A DNA stretch of 64,000 nt from Podarcis muralis. Lineage: Eukaryota. The stretch spans positions 25,234,001 to 25,298,000 of the forward strand of contig NC_135667.1 in NCBI RefSeq assembly GCF_964188315.1. The letters are read 5' to 3'. Positions 1 to 13,167 of this stretch are shown piece by piece. Both the position numbers and the translations under genes were made by a program. The notes under the pieces were generated by a model. That model was not told the origin of the DNA and searched no databases. It worked only from the letters and a program-made list of their open reading frames with translations. Position 1 is the first letter of the stretch. Every line of letters begins with the position of its first letter.

Positions 1-768
1 TAATTAACAACATAAAATTCTGATTCTATGCATTTAATGTAGAAAAAAGGAATCACAAATTAATTGTACTGCCATATATATATTTTTACATTTTGTTGCC
101 ATTGCTATTGCCTCAGAAAAAGCTGTGTCAGAAGGATATGACACTGTGACACACTTATTATGTAAATCCTTCAAAATATGCACATGGTACTAGAGTCTTC
201 ATTAGTATACACAAATTGATCAATCCTCTAAATTTCTGCACTGAACACTATAATGTTGAATGTTACCGGATCAGAAGTAAACTGTGGAAAGCTACCACAA
301 AATATTTGAAGACTCCATATATTTTATCTCTCTGACTTGAGGGAGGTGAGGTAAAGAAAACGGTAGATGTTTGAATAAAGCAAGGGTGAAGGAATAATGA
401 AAGGGGCAAAAGGAGCTGTTTTTAACAGTGACAAATGTTTGAGTAAAGTGGCAGTGGAGGGACCCAGAGAGGAAAGTGGCACAATTTTAAACAACAGCAG
501 AGGTTTCATTAATTGTGAGATGAAGGAACACTGGGTGTGTGTTTTGTTTTTAAAAAACAGTTTTAACAAGGAGAAATAGCAGAGACACACGAGCTGACTC
601 CAAATAGAGCAGAAAAAGAGAAAAATCGTATGTGCAGTGAACAATACAACATCATATTAAAGCTAGGTGGCATCAACATGTTTGAGTGATTGCTTAATGA
701 TATGGCATTTCAATCAGGACACCAGTTATAGATACACTTATCATTGCAGGTGGAGTCTTTTGGGTGAT

Positions 769-1698
769 ATGTGGATTCAGAATGAGACCTCCGTGAAGGA
801 ATTCATTCTTCTTGGCTTCACCAGTCATCCAACATTGCAACGTATCCTATTGACACTGTGCCTAGTCATATATCTCATCACTTTATTTGGCAACAGCCTC
901 ATCATCTTCTTGATCTGGGTTGACTCCCGCCTTCATACAGGCATGTACTTTTTCATTGCTAACCTTTCTTTCTTAGACATATTCGGCACACAAATCATCT
1001 TCCCCCAGATGCTGTTCCATATGGCCTCCAGAACCAATAATATTTCTTTCAACAGATGCATGGCTCAGCTCATCCTGATGCTGTTCTGTGGGATGACTGA
1101 GTGCTTCATCCTGGCTCTCATGGCATATGATCGCTATGTGGCCATATGTCAACCACTGCGGTACCCAACCATCATGAGGATGCAAGTGTGTATCCAGATG
1201 GCAGGAGCCTGTTGGTTAGGAGGCTTCTTCAATGCTGCAGCACTGACAGTTATCACCATAAATTTTCCCTTCTGTGGACCCAACCAAATCAACCATTTCT
1301 TTTGTGAGGAGCCTGCTGTGTTGCAGCTGGCTTGCATGGACACCTACATAGTAAAAGTCCTCATCTTTGCCCTGAGTGTCATTGTGCTCATGTTGCCTTT
1401 CACTTTTATAGTGATCTCCTACATCCACATTGCCAGGGTGGTGTTCAGCATAAACTCAGCTAGGGGACGGCAACGAGCTTTCTCCACTTGTGCTACCCAC
1501 CTCACTGTTGTGACATTGTTCTACACCACCATCAGCTTCACTTACTTGCAGCCTCAGTCTGAACACGCTATGGAACAGGAGAAGAAAGCTTCCATTTTCT
1601 ATATTCTTTTCTCCCCGATGCTGAACCCTGTCATTTACAGCCTGAGGAACAAGGATGTTAAAGGGGCTTTGCTTAAAGTCATGGGGAAAGTCAACTGA
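769..1698 (+). CDS. Olfactory receptor, class II, intact (309 aa)
   Basis: OR motifs LHTGMYFF, MAYDRYVAIC, HFFCE, RAFSTC and PMLNPVIYSLRNK. The ORF track starts at a GTG (667). The likely ATG is 769 (MWIQNETS, N-glycosylation site), 20 nt after a candidate acceptor ttatcattgcAG ending at 749. Confidence 0.95.
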   Translation: MWIQNETSVKEFILLGFTSHPTLQRILLTLCLVIYLITLFGNSLIIFLIWVDSRLHTGMYFFIANLSFLDIFGTQIIFPQMLFHMASRTNNISFNRCMAQLILMLFCGMTECFILALMAYDRYVAICQPLRYPTIMRMQVCIQMAGACWLGGFFNAAALTVITINFPFCGPNQINHFFCEEPAVLQLACMDTYIVKVLIFALSVIVLMLPFTFIVISYIHIARVVFSINSARGRQRAFSTCATHLTVVTLFYTTISFTYLQPQSEHAMEQEKKASIFYILFSPMLNPVIYSLRNKDVKGALLKVMGKVN

Positions 1699-2058
1699 AT
1701 CTCACCTTTGGAAGGGCTGTGTGTGTGTGCATTTGGTGTCTAAAGCCACTTCATTGACACCATTGAATCCATTGCTAATAAATGTCACAGAAGGACATTG
1801 CAGCAACTGTTGGGACCAAGTAGTGTTTGGTGTTGGAGTAACAAATAGATCTTTAAAGGTAGCATTTTTATGTGGTACCCAAATCTGTCTTTCCTGATAC
1901 TCTAACCATTATATACTGGCAGCCCTATATGATGACATTTTATATGTGTGATGTTTTACTGTGGCTTTGTAATTTGTTGGGGCAATTCAGGACTCAGCTA
2001 GACTGGTAAAGAAAAGGTGATTCATATGTGTTGTATATGTGATATAACATTGTATAAA

Positions 2059-2420
2059 GGTCTAAACCACTGAGCCTCTTGGGCTTGTCGATCAGAAGGT
2101 AGGTAGTTCGAATCCCTGCGACGGAGTCAGCTCCCGTTGCTCTGTCCCAGCTTCTGCCAACCTAGCAGTTCGAAAGCATGTCAGTGCAAGTAGATAAATA
2201 GGTACTGCTGTGGTGGGAAGGTAAACAGCATTTCAGTTCACTCTGGTTTCTGTCACAGTGTTCCGTTGCACCAGAAGTGGTTTAGTCAGGCTGGCCACAT
2301 GACTCGGAAAGCTGTCTGTGGACAAACGCCGGCTCCCTCAGCTTAAACTGAGATCAACGCTGCAACCCCACAGTCACCTTTGACTGGACTTAACCATCCA
2401 GGGGTTCTTTATCTTTACCT
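2059..2420 (+). mobile_element. Sauria-type SINE, slightly 5'-truncated
   Basis: B-box GTTCGAATCCC, core ccaacctagcagttcgaaagca and (TTTACC)-like tail. Homologous to the full-length copy at 54419-54782. Confidence 0.85.
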
Positions 2421-2654
2421 ATAATGTGGAGTCCCATTTTTCTCTGTTTTCCCTCTTTAAATTTACAACACTTTAAACTGAAATGCATCTTTGATGTGAT
2501 CCAGCCCCAGTCAGTGAGGTGGCTGCTGCTGCTGCTGATTTGAATTTCTTATTGGATGAACATATCCATAATACAATCCAGTAGTAGTAAAGCACTTGTA
2601 CCGTTCCAATGGGGCTTGTGTCAGAGGCTTTCGGGAGGATTGTTCCCGAAAGCT

Positions 2655-2885
2655 GGAAGTGGATTTAATGGAGGTTTATACAAATTCAGGGAGCACAAAT
2701 GTCTACTAGTAGCAAGGGTTTTGTTTTACCCCCACTGATGGAGGCAGTATATCCCTGAATACCAGTTGTTGTGGGGAGAGTGCTATTGTAGTCAGGCCCA
2801 CTTTGGGGCTTTCCAAAGGCATTTTGTTGGTCACTGTAAGAACAAGTTGCTGGACAAGATTAGCCATTAGTAGACTATTCTTATG
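2655..2885 (+). mobile_element. Degenerate CR1-like LINE 3' end
   Basis: Similar by eye to the better-preserved fragment at 19205-19545 (ggaggcag, ttgttggtcactgtaagaac, ttcttatg tail). Confidence 0.5.
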
Positions 2886-2949
2886 GTGATATGTTAAGTG
2901 TACATGTGTGGGGAGTTGTGTTCCAAAGTGATGCCTTGAAGTGTTTCTT

Positions 2950-2981
2950 AACAACAACAACAACAACAACAGCAACAACAA
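2950..2981. repeat. (AAC)n microsatellite
   Basis: Read directly. Confidence 0.9.
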
Positions 2982-4185
2982 AATAAGAGTGCTGCTGGAT
3001 TGGATCAAAGACCCACCTAGCCAGCATCCTGCTCCCATAGTGGCCAGCCAGATGTCCTTGGGGGGCCTTCAAGAAGAAACTGAGTGCAACAGTACTCTCC
3101 CCATCTGCAACTTTGTGTTTCAATGCAATGTTTCTTAGGATCCAATGGGGGACGGGGAAGTAAAATTAAGAATAAAAACTCCCCGCACCTCATGCATAAC
3201 ACCTTTTTATGTCTACATCTTCCCTGACTTGTTCAAGGCCACCTCACACTATTTGCGACAATTGCACACACAACAGTGTGTTCCTGCAGTCAACTCCAAA
3301 GAAAAGAAATGTGTATCTAAGCACACTCACACAGGTTGGAAGCCCTGTTTGGTGGCAACGCCATGTCACATGCCAAGGAATGTGTTCTTCCAACACTTAG
3401 GTCACTTCCAGACAGCCTCAGTACTTGGCGATCATGCTGATTTCACAGCATATGGCATTTAAAACAATGCTTCTTCAACATAAGGAAAAATACATATTTA
3501 AAACATGTTGAGGAAATTACAATGCCACCACAAAACCAATCTCAAGTGTTGTTATTGTGAAGGGATATTGCATATCTCCCTTCAACCCTTTTCTGCTTAC
3601 TAAGTGTAAATAAGTGGAATGTTATTGTCATGATGATCATCCGTTACAAAATTTGGGTGGTTCTAGACCTCATAGTTGGAAAAAAGAAACATGGCAATGA
3701 TTTATGTATACTCAGCAAAATTCCCAGCTAAACAACATGCAATAGTGTGTGGGGACTGGAATCCATCAGTCTCTGGAGTGCATTAGTTTCCCAACCCATG
3801 TTAAGTTTTTAGTAATGTCTTTATTTTTCTATTTACTGGATTGTAGATTAGGGCAGCTGGGCACCGTCAGTGCAATCCCTGCACTGTGCAAGGTGATTTC
3901 AGGAGGGATGAAAGGTACAAATATAGTTTCCTCCTTTCCCACTCTTCAAAACCCAACATACAATTTATAACAAGTGTACAATCAGTCCCAAACCACAAGT
4001 CTTTTTGTGCAAGAGTAGAAAGTTTTAGGGTGGTTGGAAATACATTAATATTCCTTTTTCTCTCTCCGCCTGCAATCCCCTCTCACCCAGCGAGGCCCAA
4101 ACAAACAGTTCAGGACTGAATAGAATAGGAACTGATTTTCTAAATTACAATGAGCACTCACACTTCCATATGTGGGCGCCCTCTG

Positions 4186-4900
4186 CAGGGCTGCGTACAG
4201 CACCCCCGGGCCTCATGGGACTCAGCATCTGGTTGGGCTGGCCCACCTCCCTTTCGTCAGCCATTGGGGGTTCCTGCCAAACCCCAGTTTAATCTATCAG
4301 AGCCTTGTTGGAGGTAGGGCCAGCTGAGCAGACCACAAATGGGCAGGCTTCCCATTGGTCCGCTTGTGATGCATAAATAGGAGGTGGAGCCAGTGGCCCA
4401 ACCCTTGTAACACTTTTCATGTGAGGAAGTTAATTGTGGGCTGGTGTTGCACACACTGCCTACCCCTGGCAAGAGAAAGCCAATTACCATAGAAACACTA
4501 AGGCTGATAAGGGCATTCTCCCCAGTATATGCTGGTCCAGCTTTGAAGTAAAACTTGTCCAGGCCGCCTTTTCTTTGGCCTTCTTTGGTGCACTCCAGAT
4601 TGGGGACTGCATCGAGGGTCCACCGTCATCACCTCACATGGGCTTGACGGTCATGGATATAAGCTTTTGCCACTGCAGTGTGCAACTCAAAATTTGTTTG
4701 TCCAAAACTGATCAATTAGGTAGGGGCACTACTTTAACATTAGCAGCCTCCTCTCAAATTGGACCCTTGCCTGTCTCTGACACACATAAATTCATGAGAG
4801 TTGCTAAATTACAATGCACCCATTCCCACTTGTAAGTCCCTTCTTCTGCTTCTGTACACTGCTCGCTTGGCAACCAAGAGACTACCCAATCTGTGTCCAG
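4186..4900 (+). mobile_element. Remnant of a tyrosine-recombinase (DIRS/Ngaro-like) retroelement
   Basis: ORF 4434-4835 contains AAFSLAFFGALQIGD and SKTDQLGRG, matching the F(F/Y)GALRxxE and SKTDQxGxG motifs of retroelement tyrosine recombinases. The catalytic Arg position reads Gln (CAG 4596-4598). Outer boundaries are approximate. Confidence 0.7.
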
Positions 4901-5459
4901 GCTAAGCAGCAGGCTGGATCTAGGATCAGGTTCAAACTTGCAAGTTTCTCACTTGAGTGGAAAGTAAGTGATAGGCTGCATATGTGAATCAGACACCACA
5001 GATATAACACCACACAAAGAGCACTCATGTCACCACAAAACACAAAGACCTGAATCCTAAAATAAGTTTACTTAAGAAAATTAACTGAAGTTCCACTTCA
5101 GCAGCTCCACTCATCCCATCTCACATTGCACAGGGGCACCCCAACCAAACTTATGGTATGAGCATGATAGCAGGGAAAGGTGGGGGGAATCTAAGGATTT
5201 TTTTTAAAAAAAGTCAGGATTCAATCCTCTTCTTGTGGATTCAGTCAACACGTCCAGCTGTTAATCATCAAGTGCTGAATAATTAACACCACAGTCCTAT
5301 GCAGATTTACTCTGAAGTAAGACACACTGTTTTGAATAAGTGTGCATACAATTGCAGCCTTAGTGATAGGAATGCATAAGGCAATCAACCCTCAGCCCCC
5401 AATCAAGCACTACTATGCACTTTAAGACCCTATTACAACCCAAAAATGGGTCAATGTCT

Positions 5460-6395
5460 TTAAGTGGTGATACTTTTCCTTACCGCTTTAGAGAGGGCTC
5501 CTTTCACTTCCTTGTTCCTTAGACTGTATATGATAGGGTTGAGCATGGGAGTAACCACTGCATAGAATATTGATACCATCTTGTCTTGGTTGGGTGAAGT
5601 GTTGGCTTTGGGACTCATGTAAGCAAAGATTGCTGTGCCATAGCAGAGAGTGACCACAGTCAGATGCGAGGTACATGTAGAGAAGGCTCTCTGCCGACCT
5701 TCTGAAGAGCGAATTCGTAAGATGGCACGGATTATATAGACATAGGAGAGCAGCACAACACCACAGGGAATCAACAGGACAATGACTCCTGCCACTATAA
5801 TCACAATCTCGTTGACAAAAGTGTTGGAGCAAGCCACTTTGATAACAGCCAGGAGTTCGCAGGCAAAATGGTTGATGGTGTTGAAGCTACAGAACTGAAG
5901 GTGCATGGTAAATACCGTCTGCACCAGAGCATTGAGGAAGCCGCCCATCCAAGAAGCCATTGCCATCTGAATATACACTCGTCTGCTCATTATCGTCATG
6001 TAATGCAAGGGATAGCAGACAGCCACATATCTGTCATAGGCCATGGCTGCTAGCAGGATAAACTCAATACCACCCAGGGACAAAGAGATGTAGAGCTGAG
6101 CCATGCAACGACTGAAAGAGATGACCCTGTGACTAGTCAGGGAATGGAGCAACAGCTGGGGCACCACACTAGTTGTATAACAGATGTCCAGGAAAGACAG
6201 ATTGCTCAGGAAAAAGTACATGGGGGTGCTGAGCCGTGGGTCAATACGGATAGCCACAATGATTAGTGTGTTGCCTGTCAGGGTGACAAGGTACATGGAG
6301 AGAAACACTACAAAGAGACACAAATTTAGGTTTCGATCCCTGGAGAATCCCATAAAAACAAACTCTTTTACATTTGTCTGATTGTGTTGTCCCAT
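5460..6395 (-). CDS. Olfactory receptor, class II, intact (311 aa)
   Basis: Motifs LSTPMYFFL, MAYDRYVAVC, HFACE, RAFSTCTSHL and PMLNPIIYSLRNKEV. Pyrimidine-rich candidate acceptor with AG at 6466-6465. Confidence 0.96.
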   Translation of the reverse strand: MGQHNQTNVKEFVFMGFSRDRNLNLCLFVVFLSMYLVTLTGNTLIIVAIRIDPRLSTPMYFFLSNLSFLDICYTTSVVPQLLLHSLTSHRVISFSRCMAQLYISLSLGGIEFILLAAMAYDRYVAVCYPLHYMTIMSRRVYIQMAMASWMGGFLNALVQTVFTMHLQFCSFNTINHFACELLAVIKVACSNTFVNEIVIIVAGVIVLLIPCGVVLLSYVYIIRAILRIRSSEGRQRAFSTCTSHLTVVTLCYGTAIFAYMSPKANTSPNQDKMVSIFYAVVTPMLNPIIYSLRNKEVKGALSKAVRKSITT

Positions 6396-7966
6396 CCTGG
6401 AGATACTTTTTTTGTGCTGAGAGAATGAGAACAGAGTCGCTGTGTGAAAAGTTTAGCGTGGACTCTAAAAAGAAAGAAAAAATAGAAAATAATAGGATGG
6501 TTTCCTTTGCTCTTGTATATGTATTATTATTTAACCTTTAGGAAGAAAATCAATAAAAACATTTGAAAAGTAATTTTGCAAGTTATCAATTTGAATTAGG
6601 AAAGATAGAATTTATCGGTTAGCATTCATGACACTAATAACTCATCCTTCTCTCCCCCAATTCCTAGAGCTGTTTTACCACTACTTAGTGTGTTTTTTAA
6701 AAGAAAAATGGGTGCTGGAACTAACCATGACATTGTGCAACATGGGGCAGCCCTGAACAGATGCTGGTTTGACAATAGCTGCATTCACTACCCATAGAGG
6801 TGCTAGAAACTACAGCAAACTCTCTCCCTAGCTGGTATGTGGGTCACTCCTGGTTCTGGCACTGTTTAATTAAATGCACCCCCAACTCCATTGTTCTCAT
6901 AGATTCAGGCAGATGGCTAGGGCAGCTTGGAAGGGCCCTTGCACAAATGCACACACTTGCAATGGTAGAGGCCTGCCTGGAAAGCTGCTACACAGGAGAC
7001 AGTCTGAAGAAAAGGAAATACAAATTGGTGCAGCCCCAAAGCTTGACCAAACATGGCTAGGAGTGGCTAAGAGCTAGGTAGAGTCATAGATCTAAAAGAA
7101 GAAGAAGCGTAGACACGCACACACTGGCCAACTTCTGTTTTGAGTTGAAATGTTTGTTTTGGGCTTCTCAGAAGTACATAACAGCACAAAGTGGGAGGGA
7201 GGAGCGCCAGCCTGAAGTTGCACCAGTACCTGGGAGGTGCCAGAACTGCACTCTGGCGCTCTTTAACTGAGAAAAAGCACTGCCACAACTTTAGTATTTT
7301 CCTCAATACATAACAATGCAAGGCTTGGAGGATTTGTTGTGCTGTTAAAAAATAAAATAAAAAATGTTGACCAGGTAAAAATAAGTGGATATCCCTTGGA
7401 GCATATACATACCACTTGGAAAAAAGCCTGAAATGTAAGTGATATGGCAAGCACGAGATAATTTACAATATGAACATTAGGACTGAGGTTAGATTGTTAC
7501 CTTTATAACAGTATTTATAAGCCTCCAACTAATAGGTAAAATATTGTTCTGGTTTACTCCAATAATAGAATAAAATAATTTAAACAAAACAGCAAAAAAA
7601 TCAGATCTGAGTTACTAATAACAAATACAATCAAGTCTCTAAGAATGTTTGGTGAAACAAAAACATTTTCAGGACACAGTTAAATATCAAAATTGTAGGT
7701 GCCTGATTTTGATGGCAACAATGTTTTAAAATACTGGTGGCAGTATATTGTATGGGCCACAGTAGTGCTGTGTGTTTTCCAAACTCTTTGTCTCTGTCTA
7801 TCCATCTCGCTCACTCACTCACTCACTCACTCACTCATCTACAGGAACCACTTAAAAAACAACAACCTTTTTTCCCCAGCATTTTTGGGTGAGTGGGGGG
7901 GGTGAGGCAGGAGGCACAAATGTGGGCAAACATATCCATGGGGCTTCTTCATTGCCAAGACATCAT

Positions 7967-8122
7967 NNNNNNNNNNNNNNNNNNNNNNNNNNNNNNNNNN
8001 NNNNNNNNNNNNNNNNNNNNNNNNNNNNNNNNNNNNNNNNNNNNNNNNNNNNNNNNNNNNNNNNNNNNNNNNNNNNNNNNNNNNNNNNNNNNNNNNNNNN
8101 NNNNNNNNNNNNNNNNNNNNNN
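7967..8122. other. Assembly gap (156 N)
   Basis: Run of N. Confidence 1.
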
Positions 8123-9789
8123 GCATGTTCAGTGTCCACAGAATGCTTTTTGACTGCTTACTGCTGGAACAACCCACTACAGTTTGAGAACATACTGTGT
8201 ATGTGTGTAAAATGCACAGTAATAAAAGCTTTTCAGATATTATTCTAGTTCAAACTAGAAAGCAGCAACTATTTTAAAAAAGTAAGAAGAATAAAGTTCT
8301 CTCAGTTAAATCCCATCTCATTCCTCCCACCACTTCTTACCTTCACAGGTGTGCAACCCTGCTGCAGAAAGAAAATTTGTTTCAGCACAGAAGACATTTA
8401 AGAACATCTGAATTCCTCCCAGAAAAACTAATTGAGTAATGCAAAGTGTGTTGGACAGATGCTGGTCCCCAATGGGCAATTAACTATGAAACAACTTGAA
8501 TTGAAGTTGGGAACTGCAGCATCAAAGCTTTCAAATACCATTCATTCATTTATTCATAACTGCTTTATATTTCACTTTTAACAATACAAATTCTTCTAAA
8601 GGTGGCTTACAAGTAAAAATAAAATTCAATGATACAAAGGACAATATCACAAAGAAATACTTTAAAACTGTCAGGAGAGACCTTCTTGTAATTCCATTGT
8701 ATGATGCAGTGGTGCAAGAAGGGGGCTTTTTTGTGGTTGTGTATTCCTTTCTGGAATGTCCACTCCATTTAAAAAAACACACAAAAACACACAAAACACT
8801 GGTAATTGGTTGATGTAATTAGTGTTAACTTGTTTTGATGTTTATGTTGGTATTCTCTTGAAATGATCTCATCTCCATGTGATGAAAGGCATATTTATAA
8901 ATATAAATAAAGGAATAAAAATTCTTCAGGATCCTTTCCACAACTGGTGGAACCTGACCCTCTGAAAGGAGGTAGAACAGGTCCTCTACTATTTGTGGTC
9001 ATTCCCCATTTCATAGGACCACATTCACTGACCATAGTTCATGGATGCTGGGACCTGGAATCCTGCAACCTCGAGAGAACACAGTTACTTCATTATTGTT
9101 CTGAAGTATGAGTGTCTTGTTTAGGAAAAATAACAATGTGTGCTATTCCTGACCAGTGGTAGATGAACTGCTTTTCAGGCAGAAGGTTCCATGTTCAATC
9201 TCCAGATATCTCATCAGATATAACAATACCACTAAGAAATTCAGGAACTCTTTATTTCCAGCAGGAGTGCAAAATCTAAATGACAAATCAGTTGATTTTA
9301 AACCTCCCACTGATTAAATTTTATTAGGATCCTTTTGTTTTGGTATACAAAATGTACATTATTTTTAATACAGATTCTGGGGAAAATTTAAAGTAGTGCT
9401 AAAGAGATCTACTCCACCAGCACAAGCAAACAAATCTTCTAATATGCAATGATAGCACACCAAAATATCCTCAGATGATGCAAGGGCCTAGGCAGGAATA
9501 TGTAGGGAAAGGCACACACTTTTAGGTACCTAGGTCCTAAACCATTTAGGGTTGTGTAGGTAAGATTGCTGGCTGAGCCACTTACTGGAAGTGATCACTG
9601 TGACTCTGGTAAGTGAGACTTCAGGGAGAAGGTAGGAGGTGCTTTCCCAACTGCTTTCCCCCAACTGTCTAAACCTCTGGCTAAGCCTTTTAAAAACAGG
9701 TAGGCTCCACCTCTGGGCTTTTCTATTGGTCTACCTATTAACCCGTCCTCTCTCCCCCTGTACAGACATTTCCAAAAGAATGGGCAAAG

Positions 9790-10502
9790 GCACACCCACT
9801 CTCTTGGGGGCCCCAAAAAAAAATTAAAGGGGAAAAATGGATGTACATTTCCAAAATATAGGCTAAAAAACAAATAAATTAAAACCTACATACAGCAACA
9901 GTGTTTTCTGTTGTGTAGGCTCCTATGATGTAAGTACCTAGTAGGCCTGCTAGCCTACTCCCTAAAATATCACCATCACTATTAATATACAGTACTCACT
10001 ATTAATATACAGTACTCACTATTAATATTAAGTACTCAGGTTAAGTACTTAATTCGTTCCGGAGTTCCATTCTTAACCTGAAACTGTTCTTAACCTGAAG
10101 TACCACTTTAGCTAATGGGGCCTCCTGCTGCTGCCGCGCCGCCGGAGCCCGATTTCTGTTCTTATCCTGAAGCAAAGTTCTTAACCTGAAGCACTATTTC
10201 TGGGTTAGTGGAGTGTGTAACCTGAAGCGTATGTAACCTGAGGTACCATTGTACTTCTTAATTGTATGTCAATATTAATAAACTTCTTAATTGTATTTCA
10301 GTTCAACAATTACTTTGATAAAATACATATTTTGTTATGTGCAAATGGCTTTAGATACCTATTAAGTCCATAAATTACCACGTCGCATATATTCAACACA
10401 AAAAGCAGCAACAATTTGTTGTTGACGAAGGACAACTGGACATATAAAGGGCCCTATTACCTTCAGTAACTTAGGGCCTCATCAAACCTAAATCCGGCCC
10501 TG
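9790..10502 (-). mobile_element. Partial non-autonomous hAT-like element with a nested MITE
   Basis: Ends in aaatccggccctg (TIR-like CAGGGCCGGATTT on - strand) and has ggggcccc subterminal motifs. The other terminus is not recognisable and no TSD was found. Confidence 0.45.
10031..10251. mobile_element. Tc1/mariner (Tigger-like) MITE with degenerate left TIR
   Basis: Internally homologous to 13168-13400. Right end is taacctgaggtaccattg followed by TA. Confidence 0.75.
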
Positions 10503-11230
10503 GTCCCAAGCCAAGCTCAGCTGAATACATGCCAGTATAACTTGCTCGTCCTGATACAGCAGGGGCTCAGGTGAAGTTGGCTGAGATGAGGCCATTGTAA
10601 GTCCCCATAAGAGGCATTATGGGGGTGAAACCAGAGAAGGGGGAATTTGACTACAGTAGATCCTAAGCCCATTCAGCTATGTCAGATGACATGGCAACCT
10701 GGCATAGAACACTATTTCAAAGCCTTGTTTTTCCCTTTCCCAAGCTCAGTGGAGCAACAGTAGCCCAACCGGCTGAACTTTACACATTTGTTACTTTATA
10801 CCTAATCAACTTACACTGGCTTGCATTACACCATCTTCTTGTGCAAAGGATTGTTCCTCTGTAAATGGAGTAGACATTGTTAAGTTTAGTTTTGGCCCTC
10901 AGCCACTACTCCACATTGGCTCATTTACCTTCTTTTTCCATTCCCCAAACTCTTAAATTGATTGGCTCTCAGGAGACACACATGCACACCAAACACTATG
11001 ATATTTTGGTAAACTTCAAGAAATCACCACATCAGACTGAATAAAGTGCAGAGAATATTGGGCTCACTTCATATTAATTTACTAGGTCTCTTTTCAAATC
11101 ATTCCCCCCCCCCCCCCAAAGACTTTTTAAACTATATTTTTAGAATCATTGAATACATTTCTTTTATTAGTTCCTAGTGAATTTTATCTTTTACTCCTGC
11201 AAAGCCCAGCTTCAGCAAGAAGGTCAAGAA

Positions 11231-11475
11231 CATGGGTAGGCAAACTAAGTCCCAGGGGCTGGATCCGGCCCAATCGCCTTCTAAATCCGGTCCTGGACGG
11301 TCTGGGAATCAGCGTGTTTTTACATGAGTAGAATATGTCCTTTTATTTAAAATGCATCTCTGGGTTATTTGTGGGGCATAGGAATTCATTTTTTTCTTCA
11401 AAATATAGCCCGGCCCCCTATGAGGTCTGAGGGACAGTGTACCAGCCCCTTGCTGAAAAAGTTTGCTGACCCCTA
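11231..11475. mobile_element. hAT (Charlie-like) MITE, 245 bp
   Basis: Imperfect TIRs catgggtaggcaaact / agtttgctgaccccta. Exact 8-bp TSD GTCAAGAA at 11223-11230 and 11476-11483. Confidence 0.85.
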
Positions 11476-11922
11476 GTCAAGAAGTATAGAAGAGACAGCG
11501 AAATAAGAAGACTATTGCTGTTATATTTGGTTTTTGGGTTCCTAAGGAAACTAGTCCAAAAAGGTATGTTCTGTTTTTCATCTATAGCAGCCCAGTGGTA
11601 TTTGCCATCCAAAACTATCTAACACCAGTGCTACAAAAGTGACTCCTGTTATGTATAGCATCTTGCCTCCTTTCAGGTCTGGCTGCAGACAGCAGAAAGA
11701 TCTGGAATTTGTCAGGGCCCCAACAGTGCCAAAGGGTGAATCACCCCAACACCACTGCAATTGTGACATTTCACATTTAATCCAAGAGGGCCAGCAACAG
11801 TGAAAATTCCTACCCTGCATGGCTCACCTTTTTCAGGTAAATGGTCTTCACTGAGATACCTCTACCTAACATGTCCCCAGATCCTGGAGCCAGTACTGCC
11901 TACCTTGAATCTTTTTTGATGA

Positions 11923-12150
11923 CAGTCATACCTCGGGTTGCGAATGTGATCTGTGCAGGAGGCACATTCGCAACCTGCAGCGTTCACAACTTGCAGCGCT
12001 GCGTCTCTGCATGCACGTGATGTCATTTTGCGCTTCTGCATGCAAGAGCACTGAAACCCGGAAGTAACCCATTCCGGTACTTCCGGGTTTGGTGCGGTCC
12101 GCAACCTGAAAATGCGCAATCCACAGCATTCGTAACCCGAGGTATGACTG
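11923..12150. mobile_element. Tc1/mariner (Tigger-like) MITE, 228 bp
   Basis: Perfect 17-bp TIR cagtcatacctcgggtt / aacccgaggtatgactg. TA follows the right end; the left flank reads GA (mutated TSD). Confidence 0.85.
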
Positions 12151-12381
12151 TAATGTTCACAGAGTATCCAAGTGGCTGTATCTCTATCTTGTTACAGGTA
12201 GAAGTCTGAATGATATTGACAAGTCTTCTTTCTCTCAGACCTGAAATTTGAACCTGGAGATGTAGACAGTTTTGGAGACATAACCCTCCTGGATTGCACC
12301 TACCTTCTATAAATTGAATATTCATAAATGGCCAACTTTATGCTTTTGCCTAATGCTATCATAAATATTGTTTTTATTGGG

Positions 12382-12384
<3 letters not shown>

Positions 12385-12423
<39 letters not shown>

Positions 12424-12447
12424 ACCCCACCCATCTGCCTGGGTTTC
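12385..12447 (-). repeat. (ATT)n microsatellite at an L2-like 3' tail
   Basis: (ATT)n followed by ataccccacccatctg, as in the L2-like tail at 60716-60911. Confidence 0.65.
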
Positions 12448-13167
12448 CTTTTTGAAATGGAGTCAGTTATTTAGCACACTCTCTTGAAACATGCTACGTC
12501 AGACCATTGGTCCAGCTAGCTCAGCATTGTGCATGCTGACTATTGGAGACTGAATCTGGGACTTTCAAAGGAGGAAGAAGATGGGTTGGGGATGACCAAG
12601 GTTATTTGGGGATTACTCAGCTAGTGTCAATACTCTTTAACTGAACCTATGCTAAAGTCAAGATGTCATACAACAGATGACATCCTATCACACAGTAAAA
12701 AGAAAAAGGCTAAGGTGATTTTGCTGCTAGGGATATTGTTAATCAACAGGAGAGATGTTATTTTAAAAGGAGGAGGAGGAGAACACACAGAGAGAAAGCC
12801 CTGCTGACACATCTTGAGCACACAGAGAAAAGAAATAAGCCTAAACTTCCATGTGCAAAGGCAGATTAAGTAACATTGTACCAAATATCAGGGAGGAAAA
12901 ATATAATGGTTGCAGCTTTCAATGAATCAGTTCCAGGCTAACTTGCTTGTAGATTCTATTTTTAAATAAAAATAACACAAGGAAATGAAAGCAAATGAAG
13001 CTTCCTTTTGTTTTTGCCATGGCACAGTCCTGGGGAAAACACCTTACTTCCAGGTGTTAACAATACCTCAAAGGATCTCATCATTGTCTGATATCATTGC
13101 CAACATTTATTTCTTATTGTGCCACTTGAAATATTTCATATAAAGCAGAAATAAGATATGGCTAATA

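Noticed and set aside
667-768. 34-aa N-terminal extension of the first OR
   Set aside because: It starts at GTG and crosses a candidate splice acceptor at 749; the ATG at 769 gives a normal OR N-terminus.
7839-8248. ORFs across the first gap (and 41589-42137 across the second)
   Set aside because: Artefacts of N runs.
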